DNA of 64,000 bases from NCBI GenBank assembly GCA_023205875.1, contig CP060771.1, positions 186,001 through 250,000 of the forward strand. The letters run 5' to 3'. The DNA is from Chloropicon primus. Its lineage: Eukaryota. The first letter of the stretch is position 1. Every line of letters begins with the position of its first letter. This document shows positions 54,008 to 64,000 of the stretch, one piece after another. The position numbers were made by a program, and so were the translations under genes. The notes below the pieces were generated by a model. It had not been told where the DNA came from, did no database searches, and saw only the letters and a program-made list of their open reading frames with translations.

Positions 54008-57000
54008 TTACTTGTCCTCCTCTCCTGCTTTGCCTCCTCGGAAAGCTGAGACGGGGGAGGGGGAGGCAGCGATTTCGACGACGGAATCCTCCACGTCCTT
54101 GTCTGAAGACTCGTCGGCACTGCAAGCAGAGAGAGTGAAACCCTCCGGTCCGAAAGCTACCAGGCTGTAAAGCTGGCCCCTTCCATTCCCCATCGGCCAC
54201 TTGATTTGGTGGGCCGAGACCGTGATCCTGTACTCGCCGTTGTCGACGGGGTAGTCTATCGTTGCCTTCTCCACGTTGTTGATTCGGTCGGGTCGGACGG
54301 CCGCGCCCCAGGACACGCCGGGCGCTCCCTCGGGACTCGCGATGTCGAGATCCAGGTCGTTCACGAGGTACCCGCCTCCGGAGAGAGCTCCTGGCGCATC
54401 CATCCACGTCATCGTCACGGATATCCTGCTGTCGCCGACCCCCGAGTCGGTGAGGTTTGGCGTGCGCAAGCAGTAGACGTGGCGCTCCCCCGTGACCTTC
54501 AGGTTCTGCCAATCCTCGAACTGAAGAGACCTCCCCGACCCCGGGAGAGGCAGAGACGTGTCCAGCTGCACCCTGCCCCACCCCTGCCTGAAGCTTGGGG
54601 AGGGCTCCAGGGGCAAGCCAGACTGCGCGAAACCTTTGAGCTCGGACGCGCCGTTGATGATGACGCCCTTGATCAAGGCTCCTGACGGGGTCACCCCCAT
54701 CTCGCTCATGCCCTTCTCCCCCGCTGGATAGTACCCTCCCATCAGGTACTGCCGGACAATGGCCACGATGCCAGAGACCAGCGGAGTCGCCATGGACGTC
54801 CCGGAGATTCGTTCCGTGGCACACTGGTTCTCAGAGCTCACCGAGGTCGCCGATTTGATCTCCTCGCCGGGGGCCACGACGTCTGGTTTGACGCGACCGT
54901 CCATGGTAGGACCGAAGCTGGAGTACTCTGCTATGCTCTCATATGCGGGCAAAGATTTTTCTGAAACGGACACGAACTTGATTTTGGCGGATCCCTTGCT
55001 CGACTTGACGGCTTCGGTGAGGAGCCTTCCCGTGCTCATGGGGACGGCGGCCGCGGGGATCGGCATGGTCTGTCCGATCTGAGACGAGGCCATCTTGAAG
55101 AACCCCGAGCCGCTCTCCTCGTTGTTATAAATTATCGCACCCAAGGCCCCACCGTCGACGAGTCTCCTCACCTTTTCGCTAAAGTAGCAGTCTCCCCTCT
55201 CCACGAGCACGACTTTGCCCTTCACCTCCTCCATGTCCTGCGTGGTGAGATCCCCGCAGAGCCTCGGATAGGTTGTCATCACCAGCTCGATCTCTCTGTC
55301 CTCGTCAAACTCGAACACCGGGGAGAAGAGCGAGGAGACCAGCTGGAACTTCCTCCTGCTGTACTCCGCAGGCTCCACGATCTCAAAGTTGGTCACGGGG
55401 TCGATCGGGGGGTCCATGACCCCCATCGAGAGCGTCGCTCCGACAGCCAGAGCGTTCTTGCAGGTCGCTGGGGTGCTCACGGTGGACTCCACGCCGTCGG
55501 AGCTCAGGAACTCTCCGTCATTCCCCGCTGCAATCATCGCCAAGAACTCTGGATGGTAAAAGTGCCACTCGTCGACCTCCCTCGCCGACCTGGTGTACGC
55601 CGTGGAGAGCCCGCCCCAGCTGTCCGAGTGAATCCTCGCGCCCAGGCCGTAGGCGTACTCGTAGTACTCTTCCATGGTCTCCGGCGCAATGAGGCCCCTC
55701 TGGTCCCCGAAGCTCAGCCCCAAGTCAGTGAAGGCGAGCTTGGCGTCGGGGGCCATGCCGTTGTAGCTCGAGTACCCCGAGTCGTTGCCGGCCCTGCCCG
55801 CGATGCTGCCGCAGACGTGGGTGCCGTGCCCGCTCGTGTCCTCGTAGTCCGCGAAGCCCCTGTAGCCGATCACCTTGTCGTGCTCGTACCCCACGTCGTG
55901 GTTGGGGTCCCAGAAGAAGCAGGACTTGGTGTCCAGTCCCGTGTCCCCCACGCCGACAATCTCCCCCTGGCCCGTCAACCCCTGGGCCCAGAAAGGTCTC
56001 TTCGAGGGGTCGTCCTCCCGCTTGCCGCGCCCCCCGGACCCCACCTGGAGCACCGTGGAAGCGATGTGGTTGAAGACCCTCACCTCGAGCTCCGGCTCGA
56101 TCCAGTTGACGAACGGCAGGTCCGCCAGGGCCGTTACGACCCGCTTCACTCGCTGCCTGGGCACGGCCATCTTGAAGGAGAGGTGCTTCTTTCTGCCGGA
56201 CTGCGCGAGCTCCTCGTACGCGGACTCGAAGCTGTCCCTGGCACTCTCCACCTCGAAGCCGCACGAGCCGGACATCGCTTCCAGGGCTCGCCTGATTCCC
56301 CTGCCGTCGAGGCCCGGAATCGTGGGCGTGGAGACGCTCATCAGGAGCCTGTCCCGCCCGTCCACCGCCGCGCTGAAAAAGTCCAGAGTCTCGTTGCTCT
56401 GGCCCTTGAGCCTCAGATCCAGAGCCTTGAGGGGCAGGAGGAGACCCGGTGCCCCCGCCGACCCGTTCGTCGGGGCGGAGTTCCCCTTGGCCATCACCTG
56501 CAGGGAGACCGTGGGCGAGATCTGAAACAGGTCGACCGCCCCGGACGGCGAGGGGCCGGCGGTGGACACCTCCGTGACCTCCAGCACCTCGAGGAGGGCG
56601 GCCATCTCCGGGGAGATCTTGCTCCTGGCCGCGTACGGCGCCGTCGCCGCCCCCATTTCGGCCATCTCCCTCCTGAACTCGTCCTCGAAGCTCGACTCCA
56701 CGACAACGAGGTAACGGTCCCCCGCGAGAAAGTCCGCCACCGCCCCCCTCGCGCCCAGGACGTTCTCAAGAACTGTCAGCGCGCCGTGCTGCACGGACGA
56801 CGACGCGTCGTCCACGGCCACCACCACCTGGCTCGCCCCCGAGCCGTTCCACCACGACGACAAAGAGGAGGAGGCGGAGCAACCGTCGAAGCTCTCCAGT
56901 GCGATCCTTCCGACTCTTGCTTTCTCGGGAGACTCCTGCCCCAGCACCTCGGCGGCTTGAGCCCACCGAAAGTCCTTCCTGTGAAGGGGAGGCAGCACCA

Positions 57001-57205
57001 CCGCCGAGGAGGAGGAGGACGTCTGGGTCGTGGCACCGTCATCCAACACCACCGTCCCCGACCTGAGGTGGGCCACGACGGACAAAGAAGAAGAAGAAGA
57101 AGAAGTAGAAGAAGAAGCTTGGCAGAAACGGGCCAGGAGGAGCACCAGGAGGAGCACGCTCCATCCCGAGCCCAAGCCGGCGTCGCGCAAGCCACCACCC
57201 GTCAT
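54008..57205 (-). CDS. Secreted subtilisin-like serine protease (S8, KP-43/Tag-like) with PA domain insert
   Basis: Signal peptide; catalytic triad GDTG, HGTH, GTSMA; AAGNDG; VERGDCYFSEK PA domain; VNDLDL..NNVE C-terminal domain. Confidence 0.93.
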   Translation of the reverse strand: MTGGGLRDAGLGSGWSVLLLVLLLARFCQASSSTSSSSSSLSVVAHLRSGTVVLDDGATTQTSSSSSAVVLPPLHRKDFRWAQAAEVLGQESPEKARVGRIALESFDGCSASSSLSSWWNGSGASQVVVAVDDASSSVQHGALTVLENVLGARGAVADFLAGDRYLVVVESSFEDEFRREMAEMGAATAPYAARSKISPEMAALLEVLEVTEVSTAGPSPSGAVDLFQISPTVSLQVMAKGNSAPTNGSAGAPGLLLPLKALDLRLKGQSNETLDFFSAAVDGRDRLLMSVSTPTIPGLDGRGIRRALEAMSGSCGFEVESARDSFESAYEELAQSGRKKHLSFKMAVPRQRVKRVVTALADLPFVNWIEPELEVRVFNHIASTVLQVGSGGRGKREDDPSKRPFWAQGLTGQGEIVGVGDTGLDTKSCFFWDPNHDVGYEHDKVIGYRGFADYEDTSGHGTHVCGSIAGRAGNDSGYSSYNGMAPDAKLAFTDLGLSFGDQRGLIAPETMEEYYEYAYGLGARIHSDSWGGLSTAYTRSAREVDEWHFYHPEFLAMIAAGNDGEFLSSDGVESTVSTPATCKNALAVGATLSMGVMDPPIDPVTNFEIVEPAEYSRRKFQLVSSLFSPVFEFDEDREIELVMTTYPRLCGDLTTQDMEEVKGKVVLVERGDCYFSEKVRRLVDGGALGAIIYNNEESGSGFFKMASSQIGQTMPIPAAAVPMSTGRLLTEAVKSSKGSAKIKFVSVSEKSLPAYESIAEYSSFGPTMDGRVKPDVVAPGEEIKSATSVSSENQCATERISGTSMATPLVSGIVAIVRQYLMGGYYPAGEKGMSEMGVTPSGALIKGVIINGASELKGFAQSGLPLEPSPSFRQGWGRVQLDTSLPLPGSGRSLQFEDWQNLKVTGERHVYCLRTPNLTDSGVGDSRISVTMTWMDAPGALSGGGYLVNDLDLDIASPEGAPGVSWGAAVRPDRINNVEKATIDYPVDNGEYRITVSAHQIKWPMGNGRGQLYSLVAFGPEGFTLSACSADESSDKDVEDSVVEIAASPSPVSAFRGGKAGEEDK

Positions 57206-57877
57206 CCGCGCTGAATGCTACAACCTAAAGAAAAGCCCCAAAAGACGACAAGGATCTCCTCTCTCTCTCTCTCTCGAAAGAAAAAAAAAGAAGAAAGCAA
57301 GACGCGGTTCAACCCGAAAGCTCTCGAGACGCGGCCTCGCCCTGCGTCCTTCTCTCTCGAGCGCCTTCCCCTACACCAACCGCCTCGCCGTCGCGTGTGC
57401 CGCGCCAGGCGTTACAAAGTGACCTAGGCCCCAATCTCTTGATTTGAATTGATTAACCTTGAGACGATATTAATTTCCAACCAAGGATTAGGATCAGATC
57501 ATCGCGGGTCTCCGAGATGAGCGACGGCGAGGCGGGGAGGGAGAGGGATGTTGTGAACTTGGATCGATCGTCTTGCTTGAGGGGGGGGGGCGTCTTTATG
57601 ATGTGTGCTCTCGCTGACCACGGGGAGCTGCGGTTCACGGGCTTTCCAAGGATGGGTCGCACGGCGTGGCACACGGCAGCATCGTCATCCCAAGGTAAGG
57701 GTAAGGTGAGGGTGTAGCAGCCCATCCGGATGGAGGAGGAGCAACTCATCATTCATTCATGGATTGAGATCGTTGTCTTGACGTTCATTGCATTACACGT
57801 GGTGCATTGCATCCCTCGCCCTCCTCCTCCTCCTCCTCATATCCTCCTCACCGAGCTAGATAATCGAATCACAGTGC

Positions 57878-58893
57878 TCATCCCTTGCTGTTGTTGTTGT
57901 TGTTCCAGTTCTTCTTCTTCTTCTTCTTCCTCTTCCTGTTCCTGTTCCTCTGCTTCCTCTGCTTCAGGACACCCTCCTCCTCCTCCTCCTCCTCCTTCCC
58001 CCTCGCCGCGCTGCTCGAGACCTCCTCGCCCTCCTCGCCCGCCTCCCTCATCGCCAGGACGGCCGTCCGAAGCGTCGACACCTCCGAGGCCAGCGTCGCC
58101 GCCGTCGCCGCCATCGACGCCGCCCCAGCCCCCGCCGTCGTCGTCGTCGTCACCGCCTTAGTCCTCGCCCCTTCCTCCTTCCCCCTCCTGCACCGCTGCG
58201 CGAGGGCGACGGCGATGACCACGGCGGCGGTGGCCCCAAGCTCCCAAGCCAACCAAGTCCTCTGCTCGACCTTTCTCTCGAGCTTGTTGATCCTGTCCTC
58301 GTACCTGATCCTCAGGTGGGTCTCCATCCTCTCCAAAGACTTCACCTTGGACTCCAAAGCTTCCCTGTCCTTGGCGAGGGCGTCCGTGCTCCGCTGGGCC
58401 TCCCTCAGGCCCAAAATGGCCTCCGCTCCCTCCCTCTCCGCCGCCTTGGCGTCTCCCAGCCTCCTCTCCAGCAAGGCAATCGACGTGACGAGCTCCCTCT
58501 CCCTTCCCTCCCTCTCCCTCCTCACCAAAGCAAGCTTCCTCTCACACTCCTGGCCTCTCTTCTGCTCCACCTGTACCACCTTGTCTGCTGCCTTCACCAT
58601 ATTGACCAGAGACCGGTTGCAGTGCTTCAGGTCCACGTTAGCCACGTCGAAGATCTGTAACGCACGGAATTGCAATCGCAACCGCACGTGGTGACCATCG
58701 GAGAGAAAAGGCATAAGGTCAGTCCCATCACTCCATCCAATCCAACCCTCACAAGGCCTCGGGAGGGGGAAGAGGTCAGCGAACTTACCGAGATGCCCGT
58801 CCCTGGTGGCTTTGGGTCGGACTGCGCCACACAAGTGGGAATCAGGAGGCCGAGGATGGCCGCCAGGACCACCAAGATCCCGCCTCTGTCCAT
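57878..58893 (-). CDS. Hypothetical type I membrane coiled-coil protein; exons 58893-58789, 58654-57878
   Basis: Signal peptide (ILVVLAAILGLLIPTCVA), gtaagt/ttacag intron in frame, long coiled coil, TM (ATAAVVIAVALA), basic tail. Confidence 0.65.
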
Positions 58894-59311
58894 CTCTTCT
58901 ACAGCTGGGCTTCCTCTGCCTCGTCTCTAAGCTGTCAACCTGGCAGACTGATTCAAAGGGGAGGAGAGAGGAGGGAGAACGAGGATAGGAGACGGATGAT
59001 AGGATGATAGGATGGATGGTGATAGGATGGATGGTGAGGTGTTAGCATCTGCACCTCCTCTCCCGAAGTGGGTAGGACGCGACGGAAGGAATTCTCCTCT
59101 CTCTCTCTCTCTCTCTCGTGGTCCAAAGCATGAAGAGAGCAGCAGCAGAAGTTTCTTCTTGTTTGCTATATAATATATTTTATTGGTTTTATAGTAGTAC
59201 AATGAAAAGATGAAATGAAATGAAAATAAAACGATGGACGATGAAAAAGATCTTGTTTGTTCTTGCTGCTGTTGTTGCTCTCTTGAGCTTGTCCTTGAGC
59301 TTGCACCTCTT

Positions 59312-61177
59312 CTACGACTCCACGACACCGGTGGACTCGTTGTGGCAGCCGTCCGTTTCTGAGATGTGGGACTGCACGCCACCCAAACCCACGCTGTCCG
59401 CTTTTTCTGGCTTGGTCTTGCCGGGAAGGTAGGGTCCGTCCATCCCCTCGTCCGCCGTGCCAGTCCTCATGGAAGAGGGCCTGGACGGGTCGCTCCTCGT
59501 TGGGTGCCTGAAGGGCCCCCTCTGGGGCCCGCACTTTTGAGCCTCCAGGCACTCGCAGCAGTGCTTGACCGACTTCCTCACTTGGTCCATGTTCACCACC
59601 CGGTGGGGGTAGGTGATGCCCATGTCGACCCCGGAGGCACGGAGGATCTTCGCCGGGGCCTTCCACGGCGTGTGGATAAACTTCGAAGGGACGCGGGCGA
59701 GCAGCGGGAGCCACTTCTTCACGTACTTGCCATCCGGGTCGAACCTCTTGCACTCCTCCTCGTAGTCCATGATGTAACTGAAGGGGGGGGCGTCGATCAT
59801 GCACCCGCTGAGGTACTGCCAGCCCAGGGCGTCGCACTCCAAGTCCGCGTCGATCAGGGTGTCCCAAAAGTACTTAAGCCCCCACTGCCACGGCAGGTTG
59901 AGGTACTTGACGAAAAAGTGGCCGACCAGGATCCTGAGCCTGTTGTGGCACCAGCCCGTCGACCACAGCTCCTGCATGCCGGCGTCGATGAGGGGGAAAC
60001 CGGTGCACCCCTGCTGCCAGCACTTGAAGAGGTCCTGGTCGTACTGCCAGGGCACGGCGCAGAGGTGCTCCAGCAAGGGCCTCTCGTGCGTGAAGGGGTT
60101 GTGGAAGAGGATGTACCTGGAGAACTCCCTGTAACCCAGCTGCTTGATGTACTTGTCGACCGACGCGATCTGCTGCTCGCTGTCCAGAGCAGTGCTCAGG
60201 CTCAGCTTCATCTTCTTCAGCACGAAGTAGAGGCTCGAGACGGAGATCTCGCCGTAGTGCATGTGGGGGGAGAGCCTGGAGGTGCAGTCCGAGTGGACCA
60301 TGGCCTTCTCCTGCTTGAAGAAAGCCAGCTTCTCGCACAGGAACTTGTTCCAGACCATGTGAGCCGAGTCCGAGCCGGGCATCCACTTCTCCTTGAGGTG
60401 CTCGCTCGTCGCGGCCTCCTCCTCGGTCATGATCGCCACCTCGTCGAGGCTCGCCCTGTTCCCCTTCACCTCGTCCGGGACCTTGGGCATAGCCACCGGG
60501 CAGGGCAGCGGCATGAAAGGCTCGTAGGGCATCTTGTTCACGATGTGCTCCCAGAACTTGTCGAAGGTGTTGAAGACCTGCCCCTTCTCGTCGTAGATCT
60601 CCCACGGCTCGTACATCAGGTCCGCGCCGAAGGACTCCACGTGGACGTTCAGCCCCTGCAGCAGGGTCCGGATCCCCTTGTCCCTCACCAGCGAGATGGG
60701 GTCGTACAGGTGGTTGAAGTAAACCGCCTGGATGTCGTTGTCCTTGACGAAGGGAACGATGCCCTCCTTGGTCGTGGGCGTCTTGAACAGGACGAGCCGA
60801 GACCCGAGCGCCTCCAACTTCCTCGACAGGGACTCCAACGACTGCGTCAGCCACCACCGGCTGCTCAGGCCCGGAGTGAACACGCCCTCCTCCTCCGGAG
60901 CCCAGATGAAAAGGGGGATCACCTCCCTCCCCGCACGGAGCGCTGCCATCAGCGCAGGGTTGTCCTCCAGCCTCAGGTCCCTCCTGAACCAGACCACAAC
61001 TCTCGAAAGCTTCCCGGCCTGCGTCACGCTCGACGGCCCCACCGCCTGGGGAAGAGGCTCCGCACTCTCCGTAGCCAACCTCTTCGCCGCCCTCTCGTCC
61101 CTCTCCGTCGCCATCTCACTCGACGACGTGTCCGTCGCTTGACGCTTCTGTGCTCCCTCTCTCTCCTCCATCATCAT
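59312..61177 (-). CDS. CRY: Plant-type cryptochrome (pCRY/CPH1-like)
   Basis: VVWFRRDLRLEDNPAL, YFNHLYDPISLVRD, LSPHMHYGEIS, WGLKYFWDTLIDADLECDALGWQY. Confidence 0.95.
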   Translation of the reverse strand: MMMEEREGAQKRQATDTSSSEMATERDERAAKRLATESAEPLPQAVGPSSVTQAGKLSRVVVWFRRDLRLEDNPALMAALRAGREVIPLFIWAPEEEGVFTPGLSSRWWLTQSLESLSRKLEALGSRLVLFKTPTTKEGIVPFVKDNDIQAVYFNHLYDPISLVRDKGIRTLLQGLNVHVESFGADLMYEPWEIYDEKGQVFNTFDKFWEHIVNKMPYEPFMPLPCPVAMPKVPDEVKGNRASLDEVAIMTEEEAATSEHLKEKWMPGSDSAHMVWNKFLCEKLAFFKQEKAMVHSDCTSRLSPHMHYGEISVSSLYFVLKKMKLSLSTALDSEQQIASVDKYIKQLGYREFSRYILFHNPFTHERPLLEHLCAVPWQYDQDLFKCWQQGCTGFPLIDAGMQELWSTGWCHNRLRILVGHFFVKYLNLPWQWGLKYFWDTLIDADLECDALGWQYLSGCMIDAPPFSYIMDYEEECKRFDPDGKYVKKWLPLLARVPSKFIHTPWKAPAKILRASGVDMGITYPHRVVNMDQVRKSVKHCCECLEAQKCGPQRGPFRHPTRSDPSRPSSMRTGTADEGMDGPYLPGKTKPEKADSVGLGGVQSHISETDGCHNESTGVVES

Positions 61178-61668
61178 CCACTTCCACCTTGCTCAAACCT
61201 TGACGACGCCACCAAGCGCCAAACCGGGCAAACGAGGTATCGTTCGAAAGCTCGCGACGACACGCTTCGTTTGATCCCACCCTCGCCCCCTTTCGTCCAA
61301 GCCTCCGTCGTTCACAGCTCTCCAAAGCGAACGGACGCTCTTTCCCTTCGTGTTCACGGGCTCTTTGGGGCTTATCCACTCTGAGTGGGATTTTTTTAAT
61401 CACTCGAGGAGCCACTCGAGGAAGGTGAGTTCGGGACCGGATTCATGGCGCCGGCGAGGGGAGTGAGGCCGAAGGAAGCGATTCGATCGAAAGCGTCGTC
61501 TCGAGAGCTTTCCGTCGAACCCTCAGTCGAAAGGAATGACGCCGGGATGGAGATTTGAGGCGGATGAACGCCTGAACTCGGTTCCTTTCGTCGAGCAAGG
61601 GCGGAGAGACAGACGTGTTTGAGTGACGAGGGAGTGGATTAAAGGGAAAGGGAGTGAAGAAGACGGAG

Positions 61669-61710
61669 GCTTCGTCTCTTTCTCTTTCGAAAGACCCGTC
61701 GCTTGAAAGG
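61669..61710 (+). promoter_or_regulatory. Near-consensus copy of recurrent upstream element before the RIN2-like gene
   Basis: gcttcgtctctttctctttcgaaagacccgtcgcttgaaagg. Confidence 0.65.
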
Positions 61711-61958
61711 AGTGACGCCCTGTGGAGGATGTTATGTTCTGATGAAGTTTTTTTTTCCTTGGATGCACGACACGGACGCAGGTACTTGGTGAGGATTCTG
61801 TCGAGGAGGGAGACCGGTAAGGCGGCGAAGGGAAAGGTGATCGTGATCTTCATCTCACGATCTTTCCGTAGATCGGTCATTTGAAAGGAATGGCTTCGGT
61901 TTGAGGCAGAGGTGTCCTTGAAGAGAGGGATTGTTTTCTTGGGTCCAAGGTTACCGCC

Positions 61959-63818
61959 ATGGCGGCAACACGGGCAGGGGCAGGGTTCGGGGGTCTGACC
62001 CTCGTCGGTTACAACGCCGTAACGTTCGCCCTGGTGGCGGTTGCCCTTGGCATGGCCCTGGAGGAGGCGGAGGCGGTTGGGGCGCTCCAAGGGATGGTGG
62101 GGGCCGGCGCTGGACTCGGCTTCCCGTCGTCGTACTTTGGTGGAAGGGCCTCGGCGCCGAAGGTCGGCAACACGGCGACGACTAAGCTGGCTCTGGCGTT
62201 TCCTTACATGCTGAGCTCGGGCTCGAGCGTTTTCGTGGCCTGGAATGCTGTCTTCTGCGTCCTGCTGAACACGGCTTTGCTGCTCAAGGTGGTCTTCTTC
62301 GGCTCGCTCAGCATGCAGGAGCTCCAGCGGCTTCTCGGCCGGCTGGTGGACTACGCCCTGCTCAAGATCGTGTTCGTGGCGGCCATCGCGTCTGGAACGG
62401 CGGTGGAGCTTTTCGTGTGGTCTGCCTGGTTCGGGGTCTTGGGCTTCGTCAAACTTTTCGGCGGGCTGGCGAGGGACAGGTTCGAGCAGCTCCTGCAGAC
62501 GCCCAGCGCGACGAGGCTCCATTACCTGAGGAACCTGCTGTTCGTGGTGTTCCTCATGGCCTCCAACATCCTGTGCACGATCCACTTGGGCGCGATGCTG
62601 AGGAGGGAGACCACGTCCAAGAGGATACTTCTCATGTTCGACCCCCTCGTCATCCAGATCGACTTGGCGTACACGCTGCTCAGGTCCTTGGTAAACGCCC
62701 TGGAGCAGTGGCAGCTGGCCAGGCAGCTGAGCGGGGCGGCGGCGGCGGCGGGGTCCTCGGGGGGGTTCGGACCCCAGTCCTGGCAGTGGATGGCGCCCTT
62801 CATGTACTACGCCGACTTTGGGACGGCCATGCTCACCCACGTGCTCACCCTGGGTCACTACTGCCACGTCTGGTACCTCCACGGCTTCAGCTTCCAAGTC
62901 GTCGACAGCATCATTTTGCTGAACATCAGGTCTCTCCTGGGCTCCATGTACAAGCGGTTCAAGACCTTCATGGCTTTTCACTGCGCCACCTCGAACTTGA
63001 AAAAGGCTTTTCCCGATGCGACCAAGGAGGAGCTGGAAAAGTACCAGGACGTGTGCGCGATTTGCAAGGAGAGCATGTGCAAGGGAAAAGTCCTGCCTTG
63101 CGGCCACATCTTCCACTTGCCTTGCTTGAGGTCCTGGCTGGAGCAGGGGGAGCACGGCAACTACACCTGCCCCTTGTGCAGGTTCCCGCTGACGAGCACG
63201 GCGATGAAGGGCTCGTCCAGCCAATTCAATGTGGTCAGCAGCCTCGCCCAGAGAATCAATCGATACGGGCTCGCCTTGTACGACGGCCTGGGGAGGCACC
63301 TCGAGGGCAGCTTCGCCAGGGCCATGGATTACGTCTTTCCGGCGACGCCGGGGGACGTCGGGGGCAGGCGGACGAGCGGCGGGCAGGGGGCACAAGGGGT
63401 GCCAGGGAACAGCTCGGGGCCCAGGAGGAGGCCGGGAGTGAGGGGCGCGGGGGTGAGGCCCATCATCCATCCCGTCGGGGGCGATCGCTTGCCAAGGGGC
63501 ACGCAGCCTTGGGTCCTGAGCGCTGGCTTCACGTGGCCCCATGGCCCGATGGACCCCCCGCCCCCCAGCGCCTCCCAGGGCTTCTCCTTCTCGCAGAACT
63601 GGAGCTGGTTCAGCACTGCTGAGGAGGGGCGGCCGTCTCGCGGCCAGAGGGGGGGCTACAGGTCCATCCCGGGGACCGCATCGTCGGACAGCGAGCTTGA
63701 GGGCTGGGTTGCTATTGTTCAGAGCATCCTTCCCCACGTCAGCACGGGGGTCATCGTGAGGGATCTCCAAAGGACCAGAAATGTAAACGTTACTGTAAAC
63801 AACTTGCTTGAGTCTTGA
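61959..63818 (+). CDS. ERAD-type E3 ubiquitin ligase, RIN2/RIN3-AMFR-like (TMs + RING-H2 + CUE)
   Basis: Multiple TMs, LARDRFEQL, CAICKE..LPCGHIFHLPCLRSWL..CPLCR, C-terminal VQSILPHV..RDLQRTRNVNVTVNNLL CUE domain. Confidence 0.93.
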   Translation: MAATRAGAGFGGLTLVGYNAVTFALVAVALGMALEEAEAVGALQGMVGAGAGLGFPSSYFGGRASAPKVGNTATTKLALAFPYMLSSGSSVFVAWNAVFCVLLNTALLLKVVFFGSLSMQELQRLLGRLVDYALLKIVFVAAIASGTAVELFVWSAWFGVLGFVKLFGGLARDRFEQLLQTPSATRLHYLRNLLFVVFLMASNILCTIHLGAMLRRETTSKRILLMFDPLVIQIDLAYTLLRSLVNALEQWQLARQLSGAAAAAGSSGGFGPQSWQWMAPFMYYADFGTAMLTHVLTLGHYCHVWYLHGFSFQVVDSIILLNIRSLLGSMYKRFKTFMAFHCATSNLKKAFPDATKEELEKYQDVCAICKESMCKGKVLPCGHIFHLPCLRSWLEQGEHGNYTCPLCRFPLTSTAMKGSSSQFNVVSSLAQRINRYGLALYDGLGRHLEGSFARAMDYVFPATPGDVGGRRTSGGQGAQGVPGNSSGPRRRPGVRGAGVRPIIHPVGGDRLPRGTQPWVLSAGFTWPHGPMDPPPPSASQGFSFSQNWSWFSTAEEGRPSRGQRGGYRSIPGTASSDSELEGWVAIVQSILPHVSTGVIVRDLQRTRNVNVTVNNLLES

Positions 63819-64000
63819 GGAGGCACACGCGTGCGCGCCGTGGCAGCAGCAGGAAAGGAAAGGGAAAGAGACAAAGAGCGCGCGGCCGTGTGCCCTCGAG
63901 CACCAACATGTGTACTATTTTATGCAACACTTATTACTTCATTGGACGTCACAAACAAGTGGGGGTCACAAAACTTCCCTCCACCTTGTCTATTGCCACC

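Noticed and set aside
57430..57870. Possible riboswitch or snoRNA between the subtilase and the coiled-coil gene
   Set aside because: No TPP or properly spaced C/D box pattern found; most likely UTR sequence.
59366..63770. Long antisense ORFs (59366-61384 +, 61443-63770 -; also 46944-48719 -, 55553-57214 +, 17720-19009 -)
   Set aside because: Shadow ORFs opposite well-supported genes, expected with high GC3 codon usage; no family motifs.

Overview
Eukaryotic nuclear DNA from a gene-dense, GC-rich genome with short GT-AG introns (donors gtaag/gtgag/gtacg, ctgac-type branch points) and many (GA)n microsatellites. The gene content points to a compact chlorophyte green alga: plant-type cryptochrome, H2A.X ending SQEF, DEL-type E2F, a PPR protein, transit-peptide-like N-termini, eEFSec, XPA and Rab21. 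A Chloropicon-like picoalga is my guess, not a database result. I can support about 33 protein-coding genes, many spliced, so the ORF track is often wrong at their ends. There is also one orphan ABC1-kinase fragment and three ~185-bp direct duplications. I found no rRNA, tRNA, CRISPR array or transposase. The most striking unexplained structure is a ~25-50 bp non-coding element, consensus about TCTTTCGAAAGAGCCCTCGCTTGAAAnATTTGGCG. I count roughly 25 copies by eye, mostly 70-550 bp upstream of start codons, usually in a fixed orientation relative to the downstream gene, and often spaced 170-190 bp apart. Other notable items are a candidate meiotic TopoVIB-like gene, a TPR plus catalytically degenerate TTL protein, a zinc-ligand-deficient NSE2 and a 701-nt first intron in FIP1. 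All family assignments come from motif recognition by eye; no searches were run.
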